Shown in pieces: positions 37,920 to 47,360 of a DNA stretch of 64,000 nucleotides. Position numbers and translations under genes: made by a program. A model generated the notes under the pieces. It searched no databases and was not told the origin of the DNA. It saw only the letters and a list, made by a program, of their open reading frames with translations. Location of the stretch: the NCBI GenBank assembly GCA_964410585.1, contig CAYPFW010000002.1:1-64000 (forward strand), written 5' to 3'. Within the stretch, counting starts at the first letter, position 1. Every line of letters begins with the position of its first letter. This stretch comes from an uncultured archaeon (lineage in GTDB: Archaea > Aenigmatarchaeota > Aenigmatarchaeia > QMZP01 > JACQNV01).

Positions 37920-38026
37920 CTACCTTCTTTGATATCTTTAACTAATTATTTTATCTAAAAGTAAACTTTTCCTATATAACTTTACATAGTGATACCTTTA
38001 TAAAGCAAAGGAAATAATAAACGGGT

Positions 38027-38710
38027 ATGACAGGAACAGCAATAAGGCCAAGGTATGGACAAAGTAGATTACAACCATATTTAGGAGATAATAATAGACT
38101 TGTATCTCCAGTTCAACAGCAAATGTCTAAAGCATTTAGAAATTATTTAGAGTCTAGGAAAAGAATAGATGAAGATAGACGCATCCACCCCCTTGAAAGA
38201 GTTGTGAGAAAGCTTCATCTTTTAGATAGGACAATTGTTGACTATGAAGGAAATTTATCAAGAGTTGAATTGAATAGTCTTGCAACAGACAATACAAAGC
38301 TTCTTGCAATTACAGAGGCTTATATAGAAGCAGCAAAAAGAATAAGGGATGGAGAAGCAACAGACGATTTAGCGCTTGTATATTTGCATCATACTCCATT
38401 ATCTGATTTTGTGGGTGCTTATACTGGCAGTAGAAGAAAGCTTGGTGGAGCCATTCTAGAGGAAATTTTGAGTGGAAGAAAACCAGAACTCTATGCACTC
38501 TTAGTTGAGGAGCCAACAATGAGTGGAAGACATGAAATGGTTATACCAGCCAAAAACCTTCCTGAATTTAGGACAAGATTTGAAAGTTATTTTAAACAGG
38601 AAGCCGGAATAGTGCCAATTGAACCAAAGAAAATAAAGCCAGAAGATGAAATGAGTTCAGAAGAAGCAAAAAGGCTTATTAAAACAAGTGAGTGGCCTGC
38701 TGACTTGTAA
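38027..38710 (+). CDS. Hypothetical protein
   Basis: 227-aa ORF preceded by TTTATAAA. Confidence 0.7.
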   Translation: MTGTAIRPRYGQSRLQPYLGDNNRLVSPVQQQMSKAFRNYLESRKRIDEDRRIHPLERVVRKLHLLDRTIVDYEGNLSRVELNSLATDNTKLLAITEAYIEAAKRIRDGEATDDLALVYLHHTPLSDFVGAYTGSRRKLGGAILEEILSGRKPELYALLVEEPTMSGRHEMVIPAKNLPEFRTRFESYFKQEAGIVPIEPKKIKPEDEMSSEEAKRLIKTSEWPADL

Positions 38711-38743
38711 TTTCTTTTTATTTATACCACAACAATTATTACC

Positions 38744-39115
38744 ATGCCGATGGATATAGACGCTAATTTTAGAAGAATTCTTTGGTATATTTTCGCAGGT
38801 ATGCGAGGCGGTCCAACAAGGATACAGTTAGTTGAACTTATTTTAGCCAGGCCATCCAACATGAACCAAATTAGCAAAGAACTGAATATGGACTACAAAA
38901 CAATTCAACATCATATCAAAGTTCTTACAGAAAACAGAATTATAGTTTCAGAGGAAAAGAAATATGGGACAATGTTCTTCCCCTCAGCACTTTTGGAAAA
39001 GAATAAGGATGCTTTCGGCGAAATAAAAGAAAAGATAAAAAAAGACCAGGAAAAAAAAGAAGCAAGGAAAAAAATGTTTGAGAGATTGGATGCTGAGTCA
39101 AACCAAGCAAAATAG
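38744..39115 (+). CDS. ArsR-like winged-helix regulator
   Basis: LWYIFAG.RGG..R, N.NQIS.EL..DYKTIQHH. Confidence 0.88.
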   Translation: MPMDIDANFRRILWYIFAGMRGGPTRIQLVELILARPSNMNQISKELNMDYKTIQHHIKVLTENRIIVSEEKKYGTMFFPSALLEKNKDAFGEIKEKIKKDQEKKEARKKMFERLDAESNQAK

Positions 39116-39203
39116 TCCCTATGCTATAAGGGACAACTAAGGTAAAAGGATAAAAATGTAAAGATATGAAATCAACACTATAGGAGCTCAAAATTAGAAT
39201 ACT

Positions 39204-39497
39204 ATGGTAATACCACCAATTGAGGATTTGATAGTAACTGGGTTTAATTTAGCAAACGTTGCCCTAGCTATTATTTTAGCTATAATTTATGGTAAAAATC
39301 TAAAAACTATAAGATCTAGTTTTACTATTAGCTTGTTTGTTTTTTCATTTGCTCTTTTATTTGAAAATCTGTCTAACCTTTATTGGTTCGGCTCCCTTAT
39401 TTTAGCTAACCAATATGGTATAACTCTTTTTCAACTGAGTACAAATATTATAGAATTTATTGCTCTTGCTGTTCTAGTTCGTCTTAGCTTTAAATGA
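39204..39497 (+). CDS. Small three-TM membrane protein, paired with the wHTH regulator
   Basis: Hydrophobic segments; Y.KN....S.FT..L. Confidence 0.75.
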   Translation: MVIPPIEDLIVTGFNLANVALAIILAIIYGKNLKTIRSSFTISLFVFSFALLFENLSNLYWFGSLILANQYGITLFQLSTNIIEFIALAVLVRLSFK

Positions 39498-40190
39498 TTT
39501 GTTATAAATTTCCCATAATGTTTTATCTTCTTTTCTAAATTTTATTAACTCAATTATTTTTGTGAAAAACACGAAAAACAAAATCACTCCAATGAACCCA
39601 AAAATACTAATATTGAACTCAATACCTGTTTTTAGTATATTTGTCGCAAAATCTCCAAATACAGTAACTGTTAGAGTATTGCTTATGTAGGCAGTGAATA
39701 TTCCAACAAAACAATATCCAAGTTCTAACATCATCCACTGTGGTTCAAAAAATGCAGTCAGAACAAGGTAAACTATATACCTTATTGCAGTAAACCCATA
39801 CATTGAAAAGAACATATTCCCACCTGTTATAAAAAATAGGAAGGGTGCAGCATTACCGGACACAAAAAGAGACACGGCATCTTTTATAGTGTATCCAGGA
39901 TATTCCAGTGGTGCAAAAATCCTAGAAAACAACATTAGAGATGCCCCAAAAAGACCACCGTAAAATCCCCCTAAGTTTAAGGCTATCACAAAACTAAGAA
40001 AATCAATTATTTCAGAATCTTTTGTAAATGAAGAAAGAAATGCAGGCACCCTGCTCCACAAGCCAACAACAGCGAACATAAATAGTGTAGAAAGAGTTGT
40101 GTTGATTGGAATTGTAATTAAAGAAAGAACAAATAAACCTAGGCTTGCATACTTCAGTTCTTTGAACCTAATTATTTGTTCTAACCCCAT
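39474..40190 (-). CDS. Polytopic membrane protein (possibly ECF S-component-like)
   Basis: About 6-7 TM helices; G...GGLFG. Confidence 0.7.
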   Translation of the reverse strand: MGLEQIIRFKELKYASLGLFVLSLITIPINTTLSTLFMFAVVGLWSRVPAFLSSFTKDSEIIDFLSFVIALNLGGFYGGLFGASLMLFSRIFAPLEYPGYTIKDAVSLFVSGNAAPFLFFITGGNMFFSMYGFTAIRYIVYLVLTAFFEPQWMMLELGYCFVGIFTAYISNTLTVTVFGDFATNILKTGIEFNISIFGFIGVILFFVFFTKIIELIKFRKEDKTLWEIYNKSFKAKTN

Positions 40191-40408
40191 ATGCTTTTGC
40201 AAACCTCACAAAGCTTGAAAATTGTTTTTGCTCCGTTGAACCAGACGTGTTTTGATTCTATATGCCCCATGCAAACTGTTTTTAGGCATCTATCGCAAAC
40301 CCTTTGACAGTTGTGACAAGTTCTCTCTGAACACACTCTGCAAAGAGGGCTGGGTCTGATAATGTTGACAAACGACTTGCAAATTTTGCACTCTTCGATA
40401 GACTCCAT
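40181..40408 (-). CDS. Cys-rich zinc-finger protein
   Basis: Multiple CxxC pairs and one CxxH. Confidence 0.7.
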   Translation of the reverse strand: MESIEECKICKSFVNIIRPSPLCRVCSERTCHNCQRVCDRCLKTVCMGHIESKHVWFNGAKTIFKLCEVCKSIWG

Positions 40409-40513
40409 ATTTGTCACTGATTAATAATTATAACTCTTAAATACTTAAGTTTTTGGAGAAAATTATCTTAGATTTTAAGATAAACTTATAAATATCAAAG
40501 ACAAATTAAGAGT

Positions 40514-41008
40514 ATGAAAGCAAAAAAGCTCGAAAACACTCAAAATTTAGGACCGATGGATGCAAAGGATAGAATATTATTCAATGCACTATCAGCTAAT
40601 TCGAGAGAAAAGCTTACATCCCTTGCAAAGAAGGTAGACCTGTCTATAGATTCTACTAAGAAAAGGGTGCAAAGATTAGAGAAATTGGGAATCATATCAA
40701 GGTATACAATAATGCCAGATCCAGTAGCCTACGGCGATGAGATGTCTGTTCACATTTTCCTTAAATTCAAAAATGTCTCAAAAGAAAGGTTTGATGCTCT
40801 GGTTGAAAAGCTAGTGAGAAATAAGAAGATAATTGATGTATTTTCCATGATGGGAATGTATGATTTCTTTATAGTTTACATTGGAAAAAATGCAGATGAG
40901 TTCAACAGCTTTGAAATGCAAATACGCCACGAGTTCGGTGACATAATTGATCAGTGGGTCTCAATGCTAATAACAAAATACTACAAGCTTGAGGAATACT
41001 TGGTTTAA
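40514..41008 (+). CDS. Lrp/AsnC family transcriptional regulator
   Basis: MDAKDRIL..L..NSR HTH, RVQRLEKLGII..YT, G.YD. Confidence 0.92.
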   Translation: MKAKKLENTQNLGPMDAKDRILFNALSANSREKLTSLAKKVDLSIDSTKKRVQRLEKLGIISRYTIMPDPVAYGDEMSVHIFLKFKNVSKERFDALVEKLVRNKKIIDVFSMMGMYDFFIVYIGKNADEFNSFEMQIRHEFGDIIDQWVSMLITKYYKLEEYLV

Positions 41009-41040
41009 GCCTTTTACTAAAGGCTTATGCCATCAGGATT

Positions 41041-41180
41041 GGAAACTGACTTCGTCAGTTTCGGTTTCCGCGGAGGCTAAAAAACTGCTCATTTCGATTC
41101 GCAGTTTTTTTACGCCTTCCATATTCGTATAATAGTTTCTCTTGGGATACCTTACCACTTCTCTTTTCTAAAGAGAAGGG
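41041..41180. repeat. Composite of palindromic modules B (41041), A (41072, minus) and C (about 41158)
   Basis: GGAAACTGACTTCGTCAGTTTCGG; GGAGGCTA...TTACGCCTTCC; CTTCTCTTTTCTAAAGAGAAG. Confidence 0.8.
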
Positions 41181-41374
41181 GGAGAGATTTGGGTATTAGT
41201 TGGGTCTAAAACAGGTCAATATTTATATACTGTCCAAAAGAACGTGTATATAGAAATCAGCAATTACGAGATACGAGAGTTGCCTCCCTTGTATCTCCGA
41301 GTTGATTTTGTTTTAAACGTCATTACTTCTGGACTTACCCCGGGTTTTCTCGGGGATTTAGTCCTGCTAATTAT

Positions 41375-42013
41375 ATGAAATTTCTTGTCTTAGTTATTTT
41401 TGGATTGATTTTTGTTAGTGGTTGCATTTCTCAAGTACCAAAAGAGGTAAAGCAAATGCAAATTCTTGTTAAAGATTCTACTACTAATCTACCAATAAAG
41501 GATGCACAGATAATTTTTAGTGTTTTCTGCGCAAACCCGAATGAAGATGATCCAACATGTGGCGGAATGTATGATAGAGTAAATGCAAAAACAGATTCAA
41601 GTGGTCTGTTTATTTACAACCCCTCTGATAAAACCCCATCGATTTCAAATATTTTATTTTTCGAAGTTGGAGAAGTTGATGGATATTATAAAAATACTGA
41701 AACCCATTCAGCATTTGATTTTAATAACGATGGGGTGTCAGAAGCTGTAGTGAAACTAATCCCAAAAAGTGTTCCAATTTCTCCAGAAAAAGCAGAACAA
41801 GTAGCTGAAGCAGATTACAGAGTCCAAAATCTAATTAAGTCTGCACCTATCTTGACCAAAAGAACAAGCTCGTGGGAAGGTAATTGGATCGTTGTCTTTG
41901 AGCTTGCTCCAGAAACAGCTATAGCACAAATAGTTCTCACAATTAGCCCACAGACAGGAAAAATAGTTGACTATAAAGAATACACACAGAACGATCTTAA
42001 TTATATGGATTAG
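41375..42013 (+). CDS. Putative lipoprotein / secreted protein
   Basis: Lipobox-like FVSGC; beta-rich; PepSY-like C-terminus. Confidence 0.75.
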   Translation: MKFLVLVIFGLIFVSGCISQVPKEVKQMQILVKDSTTNLPIKDAQIIFSVFCANPNEDDPTCGGMYDRVNAKTDSSGLFIYNPSDKTPSISNILFFEVGEVDGYYKNTETHSAFDFNNDGVSEAVVKLIPKSVPISPEKAEQVAEADYRVQNLIKSAPILTKRTSSWEGNWIVVFELAPETAIAQIVLTISPQTGKIVDYKEYTQNDLNYMD

Positions 42014-42714
42014 TTTTTAGTTAGCTTGTCTATAATAGGTTTCAGCTTTCTGATATCACTTATCTTAAAGTCTGGCTTTTCTGGTTTTCCACCTAAAGGA
42101 AACTTGAAGTACTCAACTAAACATGTTTTGATCCCAACTTTTTTCGCCTTAATATCTTCATCCGGTCTGTTTCCAACCATTAAACACTCTTCTGGTTTCA
42201 CTTTCAATTTTTTCAAAGCCATTTCGAAAGGAACTAAGCTGGATTTTTCGTATCCAATTTCTTCTGAAATCAAAACAAGATCAAAATATTTTTCTATCCC
42301 AAGTCCTCTAACCATTTCTCTAAAGCCGGTTTTTGTGCTATTGGATATAACAGCAACCTTCAATCCTTTCCCTTTGCAATATTCTAAAACACTTTTCGCC
42401 CCAGGATAAAGAGAGACATTTTCCCTCCAAAATTTACTATCCTCTTTCTCCATTTTTATCAATTCAGATTCTTTTGGATTGTATCCAAGATGTTGGAGAT
42501 ACATCCTAAACCTATTTCTAGATCTATGTACTTCAACAGAACCGTAGTATTTTGTCAGAAATTTTGTTTTTGTGGCATCTGTTGCCTGTTTTACTTGCTT
42601 CTCAGATGCAGGATATCCAAATTTTGAGAAAAGTCTAGATCTAAAAATGTTTTTCTTATCATGATGGAGGTTTGTAAGCGTGTCGCCAAGATCAAAAATA
42701 ACTGCTTTTAGCAT
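42010..42714 (-). CDS. HAD-superfamily hydrolase
   Basis: VIFDLGDTL, ISN, EK, MVGNRPDEDI. Confidence 0.92.
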   Translation of the reverse strand: MLKAVIFDLGDTLTNLHHDKKNIFRSRLFSKFGYPASEKQVKQATDATKTKFLTKYYGSVEVHRSRNRFRMYLQHLGYNPKESELIKMEKEDSKFWRENVSLYPGAKSVLEYCKGKGLKVAVISNSTKTGFREMVRGLGIEKYFDLVLISEEIGYEKSSLVPFEMALKKLKVKPEECLMVGNRPDEDIKAKKVGIKTCLVEYFKFPLGGKPEKPDFKISDIRKLKPIIDKLTKN

Positions 42715-42812
42715 ATTATTGTTTGGATTCGATTTCTTTTAAAGCCAGCAAAACCTTTAAATATTACTTTTGTTATAGTTATTAATTATATTAAGTTTAA
42801 TAAGGAGGATTT

Positions 42813-43040
42813 ATGAGCATACTTTCGGTCTCAGTTCCAGAGGAACTAAAACATAAAATGGAAAACTTAGAGGAAATAAATTGGTCAGCCATTGCAAGAA
42901 AAGCATTTGAAGAAAAAGTAAGGGAAGTTGAATTTGTAAAATCCTTGGCTATAAAAAGCAAGCTCACAGAAAAAGAGGCAGAAGAACTAAGCAATAAAAT
43001 AAACAAATCAATTTCAAAGAAGTTCAAAGAGATGAAATAA
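42813..43040 (+). CDS. VapB-like (RHH) antitoxin
   Basis: LSVSVPEELK..M....INWS..AR.A; AGGAGG RBS. Confidence 0.85.
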   Translation: MSILSVSVPEELKHKMENLEEINWSAIARKAFEEKVREVEFVKSLAIKSKLTEKEAEELSNKINKSISKKFKEMK

Positions 43041-43041
43041 A

Positions 43042-43446
43042 ATGCAAATTGTGATAGATGCTAATGTTATCATCTCAATGTTAATCAGTCCTGGAAAGCC
43101 TATAGACGTTTTCTTTAGAGAAGAAATGGAAGTTTTTGCCCCAGAACTTTTGTTGAAAGAAATTGAAAACCATAAAACTGAAATTTGTGAAAAATCGAGA
43201 ATTTCTTCTGATGAAATAGAAAAGCTTTTCTCAATTCTAAAAAATAAGTTATTGGTAGTTCCAGAAGAAGATTTCCTAAAATATAGGGATGAAGCAGAAA
43301 GGATTTGTCCTGACCAAAAAGATGTTGCATATTTTGCATTGGCTCTGTGTATACATTGTCCGATTTGGTCAAATGAGAAAAAGTTAAAAGAACAGGATCA
43401 TGTAAAAGTTTATTCGACTCACGAATTGATAGAAATGTTTAGATAG
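43042..43446 (+). CDS. VapC-like PIN-domain toxin
   Basis: IVIDANVIIS, E, D.KD..Y.ALA, WSNEK.L. Confidence 0.9.
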   Translation: MQIVIDANVIISMLISPGKPIDVFFREEMEVFAPELLLKEIENHKTEICEKSRISSDEIEKLFSILKNKLLVVPEEDFLKYRDEAERICPDQKDVAYFALALCIHCPIWSNEKKLKEQDHVKVYSTHELIEMFR

Positions 43447-43475
43447 TTTATTCCTTCTCCTCAATTTCCCGGATT

Positions 43476-45869
43476 TTAAGCAACAAAAATCGGTCTCTTT
43501 GAAAGCAATCTAGGCAATGAAAGTGGTTTGAATGGCATTCCTTTTGTTTGGTCTTTGACCCATTTTACAAACTCTTCAAGTTTCATCTCTTTGACTTTAC
43601 CATCTTCCCTGAACCTTATTGCAAGTTTTCCGGATGCCTTTTCCTTTTCTCCCAAAACAGCAATAGCTGGAATCCAATCCATTTCTGCATCTCTTATTTT
43701 CTTCTGGACAGAATCAAGATTGTCATCAATATCAACTCTTATATTTTCTCTTGCCAAATGATCTGCTATTTCTTCTGCCCACTTGTTAAAGGAATCATTC
43801 ACTGGGCACAATCTTACTTGAGTTGGTGAAAGCCACAAAGGTAAAATTGGATTTTTCCCAGCCTTTTGTTGCATATCTGCTCTTTCCAATAAAGCATACA
43901 ACACCCTTTCTATAGCACCTGTTGGAGATAAGTGAAGTATAAGAGGATGTTTTTTTGTGTTGTCTGCATCTGTATACTGTATTCCATATCTCTCTGCATT
44001 TTCAACATCAATCTGGTCTGTTGTAAGCGTTGCTGCTTTGTTTAAAGCATCTACAAAGTTCCATTCATACTTCAAGACAAAGTAGAAGAATTTTTTATTC
44101 CAAACTTCAAACAAAATTGGTTTGCCAAATTCTTTTACAAGTTGGATAACAAAATCTTTGTGTTCATCAAAGAAGTCCTTTGTAACTCTTATGGCAAATT
44201 CAAAGTCTTCTTTTATGTTAAACCCGATGCCTTCCTGTACTTGTTTGGCCAATTCCAGTCTTTTCAACATTTCCTTTTTGGCTTGCTCAAAATCTTTGAC
44301 TAGACAATGGCAATCTGGCATTGTGAAAGCTCTAAGCCTTCTCAAACCAGCAAGCTCCCCTCTTTGCTCAACTCTGAAAGAGTATCTTGTTAACTCATAT
44401 ATTGGCAAGGGTAAATTCTTGTAAGAAATGTTTGCATCCTTTGCCATCAAAAATTGACCAAAGCACGCTGCAAACCTAAGGAAAACTTTTTTGTTTGGTG
44501 TTTGTATGGAATATTGCCTTGCCGGAAACCTGTTAAGGTAACTTTTCAAAGCAGGGTGTTCGAAATCATACATTATAGGAGTTTCAACTTCAACTGCGCC
44601 ATATTCCACTGTTTTTCTTGTTGTCCATTCCTCGAGCAAAGATTTTATCAGTCTGCCATTTGGCAAATATCTAAGGTTCCCTGGATCTGAACCTTCTTCA
44701 TGTCCTACCAATTGAAGCTTCTTCATCAACTTTATATGAGGAGGCTCAACATCGACTGCTCTGTTTTTGGCCAATTCATACTTCGCAAACTTTTCCAGTT
44801 TAGAATATTTTGAAAAATCAAAACCAGAAATCTTACCATCTTTTACTTCAATCTTGTTAAGTTTTCCTGCTGGCTCCAAAATAAACCACTCTGAAACAAG
44901 CTCTTTTTCTTTTTTCAGGGCCTCTGAAACCACTTCCTTTTCCCCATCATATGATGCTATTTTTTCGATCCTTGGTTTGACAATATTTTTATAATCTTCG
45001 ATTTTCAAAGCCATTGACCTGTCTAGTCTTGCAGCATTGAAAAACATCTCATCGTTTTCCAATAGTTTAGGATCAACTATCAATTCCAATTCAGGACTAA
45101 ATGAGAATGGAAGTACTGTACCAGATACACTACCTGCTAACTTTTCTGCAATTTCTATATCAGCAAAGGAAACATAACTTGCATTAAATAACTTTTTAAT
45201 CAAATCAAAATCCACCTTAGCGTCCCCTGGAACAACTGCTAATACATATTTGGACGTTTTTCCAACTTTAACAATCAAAACAATACAGTGAGCAGCTTCT
45301 GACACTTTGTTGCCTCGAAGCTTGCTGGCAAATTCAGTTCTCCCCTCTGATGCATGATCAATAAGTCTATATTTTGCCTTGTTCTTATCCAGCAAATTGA
45401 TTAACTTTTCATATGTTTTATTCATCAACTCACTTTCTTCTTTACTTACAACTGTAAGCTCCCTGCTCAATTCAGACAAAGGATGTCCTTTTGCAGCCAA
45501 AGAAAGTTTTTTGTACCAGCCAAAAGGAGCTCGCCAAACTTTGAATTCTTTGCCAAGTTCTTGTTCAGCCCTTTTCAAAACATTCAAGGCTGTTTCCACA
45601 GAAGACAAATTGCTGCTCAAGTGGGCATATGGATAAACAACAATATTCTTAGCTTTTACTTGTCCAGCGACATCTTTGATATTTTTGACATATTCTTCTA
45701 CAATTTTGTCCTGGTTTTTCTCATCTGCTTTCTCAACTGCAGTAAAAACAGCAAGGCATTCTTCTACTTTGACAGGTTTCTTCTCTGTGATACCTTCCTC
45801 GGCTGACTTTATCGCCTTTTTCACAGCTTCCCATTCAATCCAATCGCAGTGCAACAATAATATTTTCAT
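43476..45869 (-). CDS. thrS: Threonine--tRNA ligase (archaeal type) with an inserted YbaK/ProXp-family deacylase domain
   Basis: MKILLLH, YPYAHLS, APFGWYK editing domain; LRFAACFGQF, SFR.EQ.GEL.GLRRLRAFTMPD.H; insert about 44955..45425. Confidence 0.95.
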   Translation of the reverse strand: MKILLLHCDWIEWEAVKKAIKSAEEGITEKKPVKVEECLAVFTAVEKADEKNQDKIVEEYVKNIKDVAGQVKAKNIVVYPYAHLSSNLSSVETALNVLKRAEQELGKEFKVWRAPFGWYKKLSLAAKGHPLSELSRELTVVSKEESELMNKTYEKLINLLDKNKAKYRLIDHASEGRTEFASKLRGNKVSEAAHCIVLIVKVGKTSKYVLAVVPGDAKVDFDLIKKLFNASYVSFADIEIAEKLAGSVSGTVLPFSFSPELELIVDPKLLENDEMFFNAARLDRSMALKIEDYKNIVKPRIEKIASYDGEKEVVSEALKKEKELVSEWFILEPAGKLNKIEVKDGKISGFDFSKYSKLEKFAKYELAKNRAVDVEPPHIKLMKKLQLVGHEEGSDPGNLRYLPNGRLIKSLLEEWTTRKTVEYGAVEVETPIMYDFEHPALKSYLNRFPARQYSIQTPNKKVFLRFAACFGQFLMAKDANISYKNLPLPIYELTRYSFRVEQRGELAGLRRLRAFTMPDCHCLVKDFEQAKKEMLKRLELAKQVQEGIGFNIKEDFEFAIRVTKDFFDEHKDFVIQLVKEFGKPILFEVWNKKFFYFVLKYEWNFVDALNKAATLTTDQIDVENAERYGIQYTDADNTKKHPLILHLSPTGAIERVLYALLERADMQQKAGKNPILPLWLSPTQVRLCPVNDSFNKWAEEIADHLARENIRVDIDDNLDSVQKKIRDAEMDWIPAIAVLGEKEKASGKLAIRFREDGKVKEMKLEEFVKWVKDQTKGMPFKPLSLPRLLSKRPIFVA

Positions 45870-45872
45870 AAT

Positions 45873-46316
45873 CTATATCCCTCTATTTGTATCTTCGGAT
45901 TTATATCGCTCTCTGTTCAATTTGGAGTATTCTGCATTAAGTTTATCAAAATATCTTAGTCCTTTATCTGAAGCCAGAAGGCAAATGTACAATACATCTA
46001 TATCTTCAATTTCTGAATCTGAGGCCCTTGTAACAAATTCTCTTGGATTAATCTTACCTCTAAAATACATTTCCCAAGCAAATTTAGATTGTTCTGCTCT
46101 TATTCTTCTATGCCAAACAGAGTCGACAAGAGAACCAATTTCGGCTAATTCTGAAAAAGCATCATCAATGAGCCTAAGTTCTTGTTCTTCAGATTCCTCA
46201 ATAAAAATTCCTGGAGTTATAAACCCTCTTCTGAATTTTTCCCAAGCCGGTAAATAGAAAATAGCTTCTCTGACTTGATAGCCTACCATTTCAGGATCGA
46301 CTAAAACATCTACCAT
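45873..46316 (-). CDS. Hypothetical protein
   Basis: ORF packed between the DUF1699-like gene and thrS. Confidence 0.6.
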   Translation of the reverse strand: MVDVLVDPEMVGYQVREAIFYLPAWEKFRRGFITPGIFIEESEEQELRLIDDAFSELAEIGSLVDSVWHRRIRAEQSKFAWEMYFRGKINPREFVTRASDSEIEDIDVLYICLLASDKGLRYFDKLNAEYSKLNRERYKSEDTNRGI

Positions 46317-46591
46317 ACCAAACACCTCATAATCATGCTAGGTCTACCTCTATCCTTTAAGATTTTGAGTTGTATTTTCTTCTTTCTAATCAACTCTAAA
46401 CAATCTGGTCTACACCTAGAAAAGGCAGATTTTGAAACAGAAACACTTTTTAATTCGCACTTATCCAAAACTTCAAGAAGGATCTTTTTGTTCAAGAACT
46501 TCCTAAAATGAACTTCAGACAAATTTGGCGGCAAATTTTGGACATCACTAAGACTAGAAATAACTATTCTTTCACTTTGTGGGTAAACCAC
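46310..46591 (-). CDS. DUF1699-like archaeal protein
   Basis: VHFRK, ending RGRP; recalled similarity only. Confidence 0.55.
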   Translation of the reverse strand: MVYPQSERIVISSLSDVQNLPPNLSEVHFRKFLNKKILLEVLDKCELKSVSVSKSAFSRCRPDCLELIRKKKIQLKILKDRGRPSMIMRCLVW

Positions 46592-46685
46592 CTTTTTGCA
46601 TAAACCAAAATGTCACCAACAATAGTTGTATTCTGGATATAAATCGCTTACCAAATGTCGTAAAACAAAAAAACCAAAGAAAAAG

Positions 46686-46823
46686 CTAAAGGTCTCTTCC
46701 GACCCATTCTTTCATCATTCGTTCAACTTCCCCAGATACTGTTGCTTCTTTCATCACGCACTGGGCTTTGAACCTCAAAAACAAATCCCTGTCCACAGCA
46801 ATTGTAGTAGTAATTCTTTCCAT
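46686..46823 (-). CDS. Ribbon-helix-helix (CopG/ParG-like) protein
   Basis: TTIAVDRDLFLRFKAQC.....TVS..VE.MM.EW. Confidence 0.7.
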   Translation of the reverse strand: MERITTTIAVDRDLFLRFKAQCVMKEATVSGEVERMMKEWVGRDL

Positions 46824-46897
46824 ATAAGAGGATTTAGAAATAGGCTTTATAAACTTTTGCTTTTTCACAGGAATATATAAAGATATGAAAATATGTC

Positions 46898-47266
46898 CTA
46901 TTCTATCCTAAAAACAGCCTTTGCCTTCGAAGTTAGCCTCAAGGGGTCTGTAGAATCAACAACTTGTGTTAAATTGAAATAAGGATACAACTTATTGTGT
47001 ATTTTATCAAAGACATCTTTCCCCCTTTCAGTCAGCTCCAAGTTTTTGTTCTTATATGCAATGAGTTTAGACTTTTCCAAGCTTTCCAGATTTTTGTACA
47101 AAGCTCTTTCTTTTTTCTTTGTTATGCCAGATTTTCCAACAATTTCTATGAAAGCTGATTTGGAAATAGATGCCTCCAACATTTTAGCTTTTAGGCTTTG
47201 GTTTGACTTTTCAGAGCATTTACCTAAAGCAAATAGAATAAATTTTTGTTGTTCTGACAGTTTCAT
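46898..47266 (-). CDS. Winged-helix regulator (MarR/PadR-like)
   Basis: LYKNLESLEKSKLI....L.LTERG. Confidence 0.78.
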   Translation of the reverse strand: MKLSEQQKFILFALGKCSEKSNQSLKAKMLEASISKSAFIEIVGKSGITKKKERALYKNLESLEKSKLIAYKNKNLELTERGKDVFDKIHNKLYPYFNLTQVVDSTDPLRLTSKAKAVFRIE

Positions 47267-47360
47267 AAAATAAGTTAGAAAGCATACTTAAAATCCTTTT
47301 GAAAAAATATTCTTCAAACATTTATAGTTTTGCAACCAAATTTTAATATATCGGTGTTAT

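Noticed and set aside
42813-43446. VapBC pair as a novel defence system
   Set aside because: Ordinary archaeal RHH-PIN toxin-antitoxin module.
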